Of a DNA stretch of 64,000 bases, positions 1 through 12,801 are shown in pieces (within the stretch, counting starts at the first letter, position 1; the number at the start of each line of letters is the position of its first letter). The stretch lies in NCBI RefSeq assembly GCF_964355755.1, contig NC_092670.1, forward strand, positions 38,986,388 to 39,050,387. The letters run 5' to 3'. The notes under the pieces were generated by a model, which did not search any database, had not been told where the DNA came from, and saw only the letters and a program-made list of their open reading frames with translations. The position numbers were made by a program, and so were the translations under genes. This stretch comes from Antedon mediterranea (Eukaryota > Animalia > Echinodermata).

Positions 1-204
1 TAAATTTTCATTAAAAAAATCATTATTATTCTCTCTTTCACAACTTTATCATCAGCAACTAAATTGTATGTGCATAATTAACATACATCATTATTGCGCT
101 GTTTGTGGTATTATTGCAAATTTTATTTTGTTTACGCGCGCGTAAACTGTTAGTGTTTTCAATGACGGTATAATTACATTTGATTACAATTTTGTCTTTT
201 CTAG

Positions 205-438
205 ATATTCTGTGCGTTTGCTTTGTATTGGATCTTCGGTATTCTGGCAAACACAATTGTGATAATACGACAAGAAACCACGATACTCAGCTTAGCGTTG
301 ACGATCGTGTTCGTGTCGTTTTCGTCCCTGCAGGGTGTCTTCGTCTGCATCGCCCTCGTCTTCAACAAGAGAGTCATCGAAATGTGGAAGAAAAAACTAC
401 GTAGAAAACAATCACACGAGAAATTAGAACAAGTTTAA
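205..438 (+). CDS. Terminal coding exon (TM6-TM7 and C-tail) of an adhesion/secretin-class GPCR; 5' exons lie outside the window
   Basis: Acceptor ttttctAG ends at 204. The frame reads IFCAFALYWIFGILAN...LTIVFVSFSSLQGVFVCIALVFNKRVIEMWKKKL-stop. The 'WIFG' TM6 and 'SLQGVF' TM7 motifs followed by a basic helix 8 are typical of class B2 GPCRs. Confidence 0.75.
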   Translation: MFCAFALYWIFGILANTIVIIRQETTILSLALTIVFVSFSSLQGVFVCIALVFNKRVIEMWKKKLRRKQSHEKLEQV

Positions 439-927
439 AAATACCATAATGTAAATATCAATACGAAGTTGATCAATGTCGTCGTTGTATATTAGTCATA
501 TATTGTTAATTTAATGGTAAAGGTAAGTTAAGTCCCGTAGTCATTTCTGAACGTAGGGGCAATCATTTTTTATGTTGTTATCGTTTTCAATTGAAAGAAT
601 AAATGTTTAGTTGAATTGAATTTATTTTAAAATGTAGGCCCTATCAATGTAAAACAAATGTATATTAGATATTGTTCAGTTTGTGACGTCAGTTATTATA
701 AAAAGTGACCTTATATCATACTCCTGAATTTATAATTTTTCTGCATTTATTTATACGTAATAAAATATAACAAACACAAATATTCTCATAAAAAAATGGA
801 AAAAAGGAATTGTTTACTGTTAATATTTATACAGAATATTGATACTTTATCACTGTACTGTAGTGGCATGGTGTTTACGTAGAATTAAATACATTTTGCA
901 TACTATTGTCGATTTACGCTACCGTGT

Positions 928-1090
928 AGCTCTGTTTATACTATCAAACTAGTTTGACAAATATGGTAGTGATGTGGCCCACATTATGGTAGGGATGTGC
1001 CCAAATATGGTAGTGATATGACGTCATCATGTCCATTATGGTCACATCACATCTTTTTTTCACATCAAGTTTGATAGTGTGGACGGAGCT
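928..1090. mobile_element. MITE family C copy (TIR AGCTCTGTCTACACTATCAAACT), PIF/Harbinger-like
   Basis: Degenerate TIRs at both ends and the family core aaatatggtagtgatatg...catcatgtccat. About 30 full or partial copies occur in the window, also at about 12049, 12296, 16061, 19041, 22931, 24397, 24509, 28640, 29326, 30790, 32519, 33838, 40901, 46009, 46977, 51632, 54010, 57272 and 60640. Confidence 0.8.
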
Positions 1091-1235
1091 TTACTGAAAA
1101 TAAATACATTTCAGTTTGTCATGTTATGTCAGAACCATCGGGTTTTGTTAAGATGGATTAGATGCATTTGTTAGTTTTATACAATTTGTTTATATATCTG
1201 TAAAGAATATATTATCTATATTGCCTTAATTATTT

Positions 1236-1395
1236 ATACCAGCTTTATTGATAATCAATTAACTAAACTATTATGATAACCTTAGCGTTAAAATATGTGC
1301 GAAAGGATGGTGTTATGAAAAGATGAACGTACCACCAGAAGACTTCATTCGCGTGTTTCTTCTGCCCCTACTGGGGGTGGTGCTGATTAAGGTGT
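1236..1395 (+). pseudogene. Possible decayed GPCR TM4-ECL2-TM5 fragment
   Basis: One frame reads IPALLIIN*LNYYDNLSVKICAKGWCYEKMNVPPEDFIRVFLLPLLGVVLIKV*, with an internal TAA at 1260. It resembles the TM4-Cys loop-'F..P' TM5 segment of adhesion GPCRs. Confidence 0.35.
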
Positions 1396-1530
1396 GATTT
1401 ATTGAATATTCAAGAAATAAAGATGTATTAATATATATTGTGTATGTTGATTTGTATTTTTTTGTTCGTATTCCAGTGCATGTCAAGTCGGAGGAGTACG
1501 TACTGTAGAGGTATTAGTAGTTATAGTATA

Positions 1531-1687
1531 CGTGGTTTTCACTAGAGACGCAACGCAAAGACGTGCGCGCAACGCAAGCGTGTTGACCAATAACAAGCCA
1601 CTGTTCAAATAATCCATCGCTTGTTAATGGACAAATCACTTACGTTGCTTTACGTCCTTGCGTTTCGTCTCTAGTGGGAACCAAGCA
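1531..1687. mobile_element. MITE family A/B (TIR AGCTTGGTTCCCACTAG)
   Basis: Ends gtggttttcactagagacgcaac ... cgtctctagtgggaaccaagc. The internally palindromic core matches copies at 16828-16990 and 39850-40012. Confidence 0.75.
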
Positions 1688-2004
1688 TTTTAGTTCTAAG
1701 GCATAGCCGCGCATCATTTTGTAGGAGGTCAGTCTCATGTGTTAATGGATGATGAGATCAAATTTATTTTTATAGTCATCTATTATAAGAGAAATCGAGA
1801 TTGTATTCTGTTGTGTATACTACGTCGTAAAACTCCTATCGGAAATATGTTATGTTTCAATACATCAAAATCAGTGTTTATTTAAAGTGCTCTGATACTT
1901 CAAAGTTCAAGGTTCACTCTTGTGAATTACAGAAATTTGTTACTATTTATTTATTTTGCAGGAGCGGGAGTATAAAATCATCGTGTTGTCACTGGCAGAT
2001 TACC

Positions 2005-2430
2005 GATTATGATGTATAGGAACGAAGATGTAGAGATAAATGATGAAAGAAGATGTTTAAATGATGATGGAACGAAGATGTTGAAATGATGATGGAACAA
2101 AGATGTTAGGGGGTGCGATAAGGGTATTGATAACGATAGATGTTGATATGATGGTGATGGTAACAAATACGTTGAGATGATGATGGTCGTGGTGAAGAAG
2201 AATGGTGTTGAAATTGTGGTGGTGGTTGGGAAGAATTATGGTGAGATGATGTTGATGGTAAAGAAAAATGATGTTGAGATGGTGGTGGTTATGGTGATGG
2301 TAACGAATACGTTGAGTTAATGATGGTGGTGATGTTGAAGATGAATGGTGTTGAGATGGTGGTGGTGATGGTGATGGTAACAAATACGTTGAGGAGATGA
2401 TGATGTTGAGATGATGTTTATGAACGACCG
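2005..2430. repeat. Degenerate (GAT/GGT)n low-complexity repeat
   Basis: Repeated gttgagatgatgatggt units. These generate the spurious His-rich minus-strand ORFs. Confidence 0.8.
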
Positions 2431-4230
2431 ACGATCGAAGTGATATATTCAACAAGAGTACAATAAGATGGCCAAATGTCAAAGTAACTTATGTTGTGTA
2501 GTGGGCGTACAAAAGCTAACTCCCACATTAACAAATATTATATTTAAACGATTTCTCCCGAACCTGATGTGAGTATAGCATGCTTGACAACAGAAATAGG
2601 TTAATTGCTGACGGTCTAACATTTATTTTCACTGTTGGCTGCCAGTTAATCAGGCACCAGAGCAAGCATATATTAAGCAATTTTTTTATACTATGCACTA
2701 TACATTAATATTATCTCTATGGCGCTATCACAATTCCCTTTGATTATAATTTTACCGCGGCCTTGGTAGGCCTATTTTGCTTTGCATTATTTTTAAAGCT
2801 ATAGTATCTTAATAAAACGTTCGTTTTATGTAACACCATTACCGTATTCGTACTAACGCAGATAATTGTTATCATTTTTACACCATTCAACTATTTTTAT
2901 ACCTCCATGATTCAACGACGCTCTATAAGTTTATTATTTAACGAAGATGGCGTTTTAATTAGGCCTATGGCCAAGACAACTGCTTGTGATAGGCACATAA
3001 ACACTAGAATTCTGTCTAATCGTTTCATTTCAAATGTTGTTTTCTCGTCGTTCGTTCTCAAGATGCAGCCTAACTAGTTCACATGCTCTAACCTAACTAA
3101 AAGACGAACATTAATCATAATGTGATTCCTGTCGACAATGCCCGATATTCTAGATTAAGAATAATGACATGATATAATACCGCAATCAAAGAAACAACGC
3201 GATCTTTTCTGAGCGATTTCTGCTAAATGCGGCGTTACTTTGCCTGAGCTGACGCCACTTGTTTAGTTGAAATGCTGGCATTTTTAAATTAAATTAATTA
3301 AAATTAATTAACTCTTCTGAATTAAGTTTCAGATAACGTAAGATTTTTTTTTGTCATGCCAGTTGTCATCACAAAAACGGCTGCCGTTAAACTTATAACT
3401 TTGTTTCTGTTTTTGATAGTTTTATGATTTTAAAATTCGACTCGGCAGGGCCGGGGAGCGGTTGCTTTTTTAATGTTGACGTTGACGTGAAAATAGTTAC
3501 ACCCCCTCTATAGTTTGTCTAAAAAAATAGAAAACAAAATATTGTTCGTCAGCTGCTGGCTCTCTGTACGTGTGTCGAGATGTTAAATGACGAAATTAAT
3601 CAAAAAAGTGAGTACACAAATTGAAATGTAGTGATTTTGAACCGTCTGTCTTCAGTAGGTTAATCTGCCTATCGATGTTTATTTGTTTAGTTTCTTTAAT
3701 CTAGATGTGAATACTGTCTATATAGTTTATAGCGTAGGCCTAGGCTAGGCTAGACCTCTCCCACCTTCAATAACATTCTGGTGGGACCTGCATGGTGGAT
3801 GAAAGAGAATGGGCAGACCATCCAGGCAGGGCCCATCCCCTCCGCCTGCAGCAGTCTGTGCTACACACACAGTGGGCTGATATTGGCGTAAGGCTTGACA
3901 GGACATAATCTAATAAGATCTGTGCTGTGGTAGCTATGTTTTTATTATTAATCTAATAATAAGTAGCTGTATTATTTTATTAAAATCTAGGTTAGGCCTA
4001 GGCCTATGTAGGCCCATGGAGTAAACTCCATGGTAGGCCTAGACTTAGGACCTTATTATTAGAATAGCCTAGATGGGTATAGTATAATAACTAATACATT
4101 ATAGTTAGGCCTAATTAATATATCTAGCTAGGGCTTAATTGATATTGCTTTTCAATGATTTGATAAATTAATTAGCGGCACTTACACCTTTAAGCCTATT
4201 AATTATTGACTAATGATATGAGGCACGCAG

Positions 4231-4573
4231 AAGTAGACCTAGCCTAGTAATGAAAGTAGGCCTAGCCTAGTAATAAAAGTAGGCCTAGCCTAGTAATAAA
4301 AGTAGGCCTAGCCTAGTAATAAAAGTAGACCTAGCCTAGTAATAAAAGTAGGCCTAGCCTAGTAATAAAAGTAGGCCTAGCCTAGTAATAAAAGTAGGCC
4401 TAGCCTAGTAATAAAAGTAGACCTAGCCTAGTAATAAAAGTAGGCCTAGCCTAGTAATAAAAGTAGGCCTAGCCTAGTAATAAAAGTAGGCCTAGCCTAG
4501 TAATAAAAGTAGGCCTAGCCTAGTAATAAAAGTAGACCTAGCCTAGTCATAAAAGTAGGCCTAGCCTAGTAAT
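4231..4573. repeat. 23-bp minisatellite (aaaagtaggcctagcctagtaat), about 14-15 copies
   Basis: Near-perfect head-to-tail units in the inferred first intron of the kelch gene. Confidence 0.95.
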
Positions 4574-4821
4574 GATATGTACAAACGGGAATCCGTACAA
4601 ACTACACGTTTTAGTTTTTTCTTTTTTCTCCTCCAGATTTGATCTTTAATGCACAAACAAAGACAGAATGTGAAATTTTGGTGATGTCAATATTCAGCTC
4701 AACATTAATAATGTGACAATCTTTAATCATACAATGTCAGACATTTTGCGAACTGCTCTCAAAACCCATTTATAATAAAAAGTTATAGTCCAAATTATAA
4801 AGACATTTTTTCACAATCAAA

Positions 4822-7800
4822 ATGATACATAGAACATACACTATCAGCACCCATACTTCTGCTGCATTCCAAATTATGAACGACCTTCGAACTTCCAAAG
4901 ATCTCTGTGACATCATTGTGTCTGTCGACAATCAGGACTTCTATGCGCACAAGGTCGTTTTGGCTGGCTGCTCGCCGTACCTACGAGCCATGTTTACGAA
5001 CGGCATGTTAGAAACGGACAAGAACGTCGTTAAAATTCAGGGAATTGATCCTGTTGCGATGGAGATAATACTGGACTTTATGTATACAGCGACGATAGAC
5101 GTAAATGTTGAAAACGTTCAGATAGTTCTGGCTGGAGCGAGTATGCTTAATATGAGTAGTCTACGAAATGTTTGCTCAACTTTCTTGCAATCTCAGCTAG
5201 ATGCTAGTAACTGTCTAGGTGAGAATCAATATTTTATTCTAGTCTGTACAATAATATTTTGGGGTACAATATTAATATCTTCTATCTATTAATACTTTAT
5301 AATCAATCTTGGTTGTAGGCCTATATTATGAACTTTCAATATATTAAATATTCAATTGACAGTATTAATGAACCACTAAATAAAAGTTTAAAGATGTATT
5401 GTCTCCCTTAATCATGAAAAATAAAGATTTATAAAATCAGATTTTGGAATAGGCCATTTTGTATTTTTATATAAGAAAAAAAAAAAAAAATGGTTTCACT
5501 TATAAAAAGACAAAAGAAACAATTAATTTTAACCAAAACCATTTTCTGACAGATATTTTAAGTATTTTTTCCTTTAAATTACATTTTTTCAGGTAAATAA
5601 TTTATGTTTCGATCCAGTTTTTGGTCAAAGTGAATAACTATTATGTGATATTCAAATGGCATTATTTAACAAAAATATTTAAAAAAAATATATTTTCAGT
5701 ATATTTTAATATAAGTTTATACACAAACTTCTTCTGTTTCATTTATAGGAATTCATTCATTTGCGGATATGTACTCCTGTCCTGAATTGGAGTACGCTTC
5801 TCGTAGTTTCATTTACCAACATTTTTTGGAGGTCATTCGAACGGAGGAATTCTTCATGATGAGCGAGCAGGACGTTTTCAAACTGTTCCGCAGCGACCAA
5901 CTACAAGTTGAGCACGAAGAAGACGTTTACGAAGCGGCCGTCTCATGGATAACTTACGACTTTATTAATCGTCAATACAGCTGTTGCAAAGTTTTACAAA
6001 ACATTCGCTTCGCGCTTTTAGACAAACAATACCTCTTGGAAAATGTTAGCAACTCTGAATTAATTCGTAATTGTCCGAATTGCGGTAAGGCTGTCAGCGA
6101 TGCGGTGAGGATACGAAACGACAATCAAGCTCTTGCGCAAATTAGTAGTCGGTGCCAACCTCATAGTATATACGTGATCGGCGGAAGAAACAGTGTTGAT
6201 TGCCAATTAAATTCTTGCGAGAAATATGAAGCTTCTAAGAATAGGTGGATTCCACAGGTTAGTACTGATTTACTGCAGTAACTGAAGTAAATTGCATTCA
6301 TGCTGTTACTGCATAAAATGTAGATTAAACGAGTGTAACTAAAGTATACGTGTAGGTTTGTTACAAGAATGTTGAGAGTGGCGGGCGATGACCCCTTCCT
6401 CCATAAAAATGATAATATATTTAAATTTTTAAATGCATTAACAATTAGAAGAAAGTACAATCAATTGCACCATAATCTGCAGATCACGAATATGAACTAT
6501 AGTATTACTAATATTGTATGTATAAATGTATATTTTAATTTGCGAAGGTTTCAATATTCAATGACTGGAAATTCAAGCTATTGCAATGACCCCTAATGAC
6601 CTGTCTTTAAGCTATTGCAATGACCCCTGATGACCTGTCTTTGAGCTATTGCAATGACCCCTGATGACCTGTCTTTAAGCTATTGCAATGACCCCTAAGG
6701 CCATGTAAAAAAAAACAACAGTTGATCGTCCTGGTTTTCTAAAAAAAGGAAGGAAGAGGCTCTTTTTATTTTTTATTTTTTATTTTTCCAAGATGGCGAC
6801 TCACTACCGTATTTTCTTGAATAAACATGCCGCTATGAATAAAAATCACTCCCACCCCTCGCATACACCCTTCCTGACAATTCAAATAAATATGGTAAGT
6901 ACTGTAAGATGTCTAAACAAACATAAGTATACAGAACAGCAAATATTAAAATACACCTTTTTTTTTATTTTATCAGGGGGTCACAATAAAAGTCCTTTTT
7001 GTACACTTTGACTTTATATCAAACTTCTGGATATTATTAGCCTACTGTGGCACAAATGCTCTAGTGTTTTTCCTTTTGGGTGTTTTGCCTGATTCCTTGC
7101 ATTCACTACAAAGTGGATAATTCATGTTCTCAATTGATAAATTGTGCTCAGTTCCACAATAAAAGCACAGGGGGTCTGTGAATGTTATGTAATAAGCTGC
7201 TTCGATAGGCAGGGCACATGTCATTTTGTCATTGACAAAAACAATAGAATCGTCCTCTCCCAGGATGTCTTGAAAACAAGTTCCACATGAATACGACAGT
7301 GTGTCCAGTTCTCGTTCCAAGAGCTGCCCTTGGTCACGCTTCAGAAACATGAGCTGCATAACATACTCGCCACTTGAGGCATTCTTCACACTAGAATAAA
7401 GAATGAAAAAGAGTAGGGGTAAATATATGGTAAATTCAGTTGTGTTGAAAGAATTCTGAACATGACAATAATATGATAATATGACATCCAAAGAGGGAGG
7501 GAATATCAATGCATACACACATATTTTAAACAGGACGTGGGTCATGTACCCGAACACGTCCGTAAACATCTAGCCTATATATATGGGACAGTTTCAACCC
7601 AGACGGGTCGATTCGCCTCTCTATATGGATAGGCAAACTCTACACTCTCTCGCGACAATATGCTAGCCTACAGTTTTGTTACTTCTATATGAACATTTTT
7701 ACCGAACAATTACTCACCTCCGTAGTTTGGTATTGGTCTCCTATCGGTCCACCTTGATCGAATTCGCCGCCTGAAAAATCAGAGAAAATGTCTGCGAGAG

Positions 7801-10800
7801 TACGTCGGCCGTCCACTACGCCGTTCTCGCATACCAAGGGCCGGCTTCACGATTTTTGTTGCAGTCCGAATTTAAACACAAATAAAAACCATGTTGTTTA
7901 TCTACTATCTAGTCTAGCAGTATCCTACTATCCTAGATCAAATTATTATGTAACAGTTGATAAAAGGACTAAAAAGTAGGCCTACCAAGGAACCAATAAT
8001 TATAAATATTAATAGTGTATACTGTAACTCAAATGTATAGAATATAGCGATAGAAACAAGGTAGAACCAAAAACATGTGTTCTCCAAATCCAGTCGTTTT
8101 TTGCTTCACGGCAACATTTTTAAGGAGTAGCGAGCATATAGCGGCTGTGAAAATTCTAATTAGATCCAGACGTTTATGTAAAATATTATACCCATGATGA
8201 GTGTAATTCAAAATATTCATACATTCAACGGCAGTGATACCTCTATCATCGCTGACCTATAATCAAAGAATATGACCTCAAATTTATCGCAGTCGACGCG
8301 CGATGTGTATCGATGGCTCCCGACGGCTGTGGATCACGAAAAAAGAAAGAGCTAGGCCTAGCTTTCGACAAAGGTACAACATAAATCAATGTTTTATATA
8401 CAAAATATCGAAATAAAAAATAAAATAAAAATTGATGCGGCCTGAAAAAAGCATGCGGGCGGGGACGATCAACTGTTGTTTTTTTTTATATGGCCTAATG
8501 ACCTGTCTTTTTAATGAACCAGTTGATTTTGTGCAGGTAACTCACTCACACATCAATGTAATGTTAATGTCTCTTTTAGATTTTCATATTTTTACAACAG
8601 TGAGAGTTCTTGAGATACTAATAACTTACCCTTGTGGGTGGAGTGGGCTTTGGCCAAAATTTAATAAGGTGCCTCTATTCACCCTAGAGAATAAAGATGA
8701 TTAATATATCAATATGCAATACATAATATTTCAATAGTGGCTTCCGATTTGGATTGAAGAAATACTATGCCTAATCAGGGCCGTAGCCGTCATTTCAATT
8801 TTCACCACCCACCCCAATTCCCCAGCAGAGATATCATATTTTATATTTTACAATTATTTTTAAATCATCTTTACCTCATCTGTTTTTAAAACTCCTCGCT
8901 ACAGCCTTGTTAATATTCTTATCTTTCTTTCAGGAGAGCATGGAAATTGCTCGAACAGCAGTGGGGGCAGCAGAATTAGATGGAATGCTGTATGTAGTGG
9001 GTGGGGAATGTGCATTCAACGGCGTGCAGGACGACGACACGATGTATTTAGGTTGTGTCGAGTGTTACGATCCCGTGCTCAAGCGTTGGACCCGGAAAAA
9101 GGAACTAAACGTGCAGAGGTCATTCGTCGCTGTGGCGTCTATGGGTGGCTATATGTACTGCATTGGTAGGTGTCTACATTATATACTGTACTGGCATTTC
9201 AAATGATATATTGTATTAGCTCATGTCATTGAAACTATTGAGTTTTGGCAAAACATGTCTACCAGCAGATTATATAATGAGTCTTCTTTTGTTTCCTTAT
9301 TAATTTATTTAAATAGTTTGCCATTTGATAAGATAAGATAAGATAAGATAACTTTTATTGATCCTCAAAAAGGAAATTCATTGCTCGTCATAATAACAAA
9401 GAAAACACTATAAAAACAAATATAGCATAAAACCATTCATATAAAAACATCTAAAAAATTACAATATAAAATTATCTTCTTGACTTCCTGTTGTACTGGA
9501 TGATACCGGAGGGAATAAAGGATTTAGCAAATCGATTTGTTTTCACACTGAGGAGCCTCAATCTACCACTTGGATTAAGTTGGTCTATGATCACTTTGTG
9601 GAGAGGATGAGAGGCATCCGAGGCATCTGATTTATGCTATTGTTAGTTTAGTCTTATTTATTTTGCATTTCTTGTTTTTTATAAAGTAATGTAGCTTTTG
9701 GGTAAATATTTCTGTACATAATTTTAATAAAAATAAATAAATAAAAATAAATTTTTCTTAAGCTCTATCTACACTATCAAACTAGTTTGACAAAAAAGGT
9801 GTGATGTGCCCAATATGGTAGCGGTATGCTTAAATATGGTAGTGGTATGCTTAAATATGGTAGTGATATGACAGCATCATATCCATAATACAGTATGGGC
9901 ACATCCTATTTTTTGTCACATAAAGTTTGATAGTGTTAGAGCTTAACACCCATAATAAAGTAATGTTCAGTAGAATGAAGGCATTGGTTAAATTGCCTCT
10001 AGTGCAATGTTGAGATAACAAAAATAATCATAATTTACACGCACTTAGAGATGAAGAAATTATCTCTATAATAAGGTCAGCTTAAGGTTAAACTTAGACA
10101 ACACGTCTCTTAATTTTCTACTATATATAATTGCTATTAAATAATGACATCTTCTGTGAATAACTTATTTAGTGTTAATTAATTTGATTAGGTGTGCGAC
10201 TTTAAAAATTATGATTTATATTCAGACTGAAAGATGAGTGAAGCAATATGAATACAGTAATATTTTCATATTTTACATATTAGTGTTATTATTATACAGT
10301 ATAGGTAAATACAGAAGTATAATGTAGCTACAAAATGGTTGGAAACAATTTTGGAAATAACCAGAATGACCCCCTAAGTTTGTACAAATTAAAATAAGGA
10401 CTATAAATAAAAGGTTAACATTCCTTTGTTTGAAAAAACCCTGGATTCGGCCCTGTTAACGGTCTTTCACACATGTACCGGCACAGTTCCGGTCCGGCAC
10501 TGGAAAATCAAATCGAACGTCAGTGTTTCGTTTTCACGTAGCTTTGCGCATGTTGATTCGTGCATAGTCGCGTGGAGTGTTGTGAAAACAAACATTGACA
10601 TTCAATTTGATTTGCCTAGTCTGACTGGAACCGTGCCAAAACAGGTTTGAAAGTACCTTTATTCCGGTTTCTTTAAATGTTCTAATTGATGAGGTGACAC
10701 CTATATTGACACCTGTATTTTATTCCTGTTTCTCTTCATTATTCCTTCTCTTCACTAATTATTTCTGAGCCAGTTTTAATTTATTTTTTAACACAATTGA

Positions 10801-12801
10801 TTGTTGTCTGTCTGAACCATGGAAACAGAATAATTGATCATTCTAGCTCATTATGTGCATCACCTTCAGCTCTGCTTTTATTGTACTTTTATTTTCAATG
10901 CTGTGGATCTTTCCAATTATATTATATATAAAAAAAAGGGGTGTGTAGAAAGCGACGACCTCAAATTGGACGACCCCAATGACCCGTCTGTGTTAATTGG
11001 CCTTATTATACCGTAACACATTAACAGGTGCCACATGTGATACATATGTGATGCTGTATCATAGAATGTCCTTATGACAGCAGACAAATAATGTTATAGA
11101 GGGGTTCTTCTGTAATTAAAAACCGATAAATATTACATAGAAGTTTCATTGAATTATAAAAATGTAGTACTGTATCATTCTTTATTGAATTTTAGGGGGT
11201 GAAAATGCATCAAATAGCTTCAACATAGTAGAGCGGTATGATCCGAAAATAAATAGATGGTGCTTCCTACAAACTATGAAACGGAAAAGAGCTGGTTGCG
11301 GTGTTGTAGTATGTGATGGTAAACTATACGTTGCTGGTATGTTTGTTTTGAATTTATAACCATTTAAAATATTTGTTTTATCAAATGCTTTACAAATGAT
11401 ACAGAGCATATTCTCCTTGGCACAATCTAGCTATATTTTGTCTTGTTTGTTTGTATAAATGTGTTTGCCGAAATTAATAAAATAAAAAAAAATAGAAAAA
11501 ATAATTAGGACCAACTAGAAGTGAACTTGTCTCAGTTGGCCCTTCAACATAGTTTTAAGCTCTGTCTACACTATCAAACTTTATGTGGTGTGCCCATATA
11601 TGGACATGATGATGTCGTATCACTACCCTATTTCGACATATCACTACCATATTTGAGCACATCACACCTTTTTTGTAAAACTAGTTTGATAGTGTAGAGA
11701 GCTTTAAAAAAGCACAAGCAGTAGAACAGTATGATAACAAGAAGAGAGTAAATTTGCCAGCGTTTTCCTATTTATTTAACCAATAGATGTAAAAGTAGAG
11801 GTACTGCATTTTCATTTTTAAATTTGTAGGTGGTTATGACAAAAACTACCATATAGATCGTGCCAGTATGGAATGCTTCGACCCAGAGCTTCAAGACTGG
11901 ACTTTTGTAGCCGAGATGGAGAAGGCGCGGTCGGGCGTGGCTCTTGTTGCCATGGATCATTACATCTATGCTCTAGGCGGTAGACTTAGACATACAGACC
12001 AGTACTTTGATATTGCTGAACGGTAGGGAACGAATAAACTTTTTTAAAGCTTTGTCTAAAGTATCAAACTTTTGTGTGACAACAAAATGTGATGCGCCCA
12101 TATATGGACATGATGATGTCATAATATCACTACCATATTTAGGCACATTGTTTACTAAAGTTGCTTATGCAAAGGATTAAATACCACCATCTATAGTTGG
12201 ATGTCTTTTATAGCACCCTTATTTCACAAATTCTTATATATAAAAGTAAATATTAAAGCACATTTCAAGCTGTTGATTCTAACTACAATAATACAATCAA
12301 ACTTGGTGTGACAACAAAATGTGCTCTGCCCATATATGGACATGATGATGTCATAACACTACCATATTTAGGCATATAACTTCCATAAGTATTTGGGCAC
12401 CTCGTTTATTAAAGTTACTTATGCATAAGATTGAATACCACCATCTATGGTTGGATGTCTTTTATAGCACCCTCATTTCACAAATTCTTGCGACCTGAAT
12501 ATAAAAATTAATATCAAAGCACATTTCAAGCTGTTGATTCTAACTAGAATGATAATATTAATTGTTTTGCTTAAATAGGTACAATACACAAACACACCAA
12601 TGGTCCCCCATCCAGCCGATGCAAGTAGCCAGAGCGTGGCCGTCCGTAGTAGCGTTTGACAACCAAATATACGTGTTTGGCGGGTTTGACGGCACCAACA
12701 GGCTACGTAGCGTTGAGAAATACAACCCTCATACGGATACATGGACGTTTGTCGCCAACATGAGTGTGTGTCGTGCGGGATGCGGGGCGGCAGTTGTATA
12801 A
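4822..12801 (+). CDS. Kelch-like protein (BTB-BACK-six Kelch repeats; probable CUL3 substrate adaptor)
   Basis: Exons 4822-5218, 5749-6257, 8934-9165, 11196-11336, 11830-12022 and 12579-12801, all GT-AG with compatible phases. BTB: LCDIIVSVDNQDFYAHKVVLAGCSPYLRAMF. BACK: ASNCLGIHSFA...EEDVYEAAVSW. Six Kelch GG motifs: YVIGG, YVVGG, YCIGG, YVAGG, YALGG, YVFGG. The KLHL subfamily cannot be assigned by eye. Confidence 0.95.
6577..6698. repeat. 34-bp tandem repeat (about 3.6 copies) interrupted by the transposon at 6699-8495
   Basis: Unit agctattgcaatgacccct(a/g)atgacctgtcttta. The last unit resumes as taatgacctgtcttt at 8496. Confidence 0.9.
6699..8495 (-). mobile_element. Non-autonomous Zator-like DNA transposon (internal deletion derivative)
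   Basis: TIRs of about 33 bp: ggccatgtaaaaaaaaacaacagttgatcgtcc / ggacgatcaactgttgtttttttttatatggcc. TAA TSD at 6696-6698 and 8496-8498. A minus-strand remnant at 7042 to about 7360 (YSCG...VFV...TC..PIE..YY...CFYCG...YPLCSEC) resembles, from memory, the Cys-rich C-terminus of Zator transposases. Confidence 0.8.
9328..9626 (-). mobile_element. 5'-truncated Rex1/Babar-like LINE 3' end
   Basis: Minus frame ASDASHPLHKVIIDQLNPSGRLRLLSVKTNRFAKSFIPSGIIQYNRKSRR* has the HPLH...PSGR...T.R...SFIP ORF2 C-terminal motif. It is followed by a 3' UTR ending ggatcaataaaagtt and an (ATCTT)n tail. Confidence 0.8.
9761..9943. mobile_element. MITE family C copy
   Basis: agctctatctacactatcaaact ... agtttgatagtgttagagct, flanked by tta/taa. 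Confidence 0.85.
10459..10658. mobile_element. Degenerate Harbinger-like MITE
   Basis: Imperfect inverted ends acggtctttcacacatgtaccggcac / gtgccaaaacaggtttgaaagtacct. Confidence 0.45.
11558..11703. mobile_element. MITE family C copy
   Basis: Both TIRs present, flanked by tta/tta. Confidence 0.85.

Noticed and set aside
1978-2482. His/Ser-rich minus-strand ORFs
   Set aside because: Translation of (GAT/GGT)n low-complexity DNA, with no splice or domain support.
4231-4573. CRISPR-like 23-bp repeats
   Set aside because: Head-to-tail minisatellite with no spacers.
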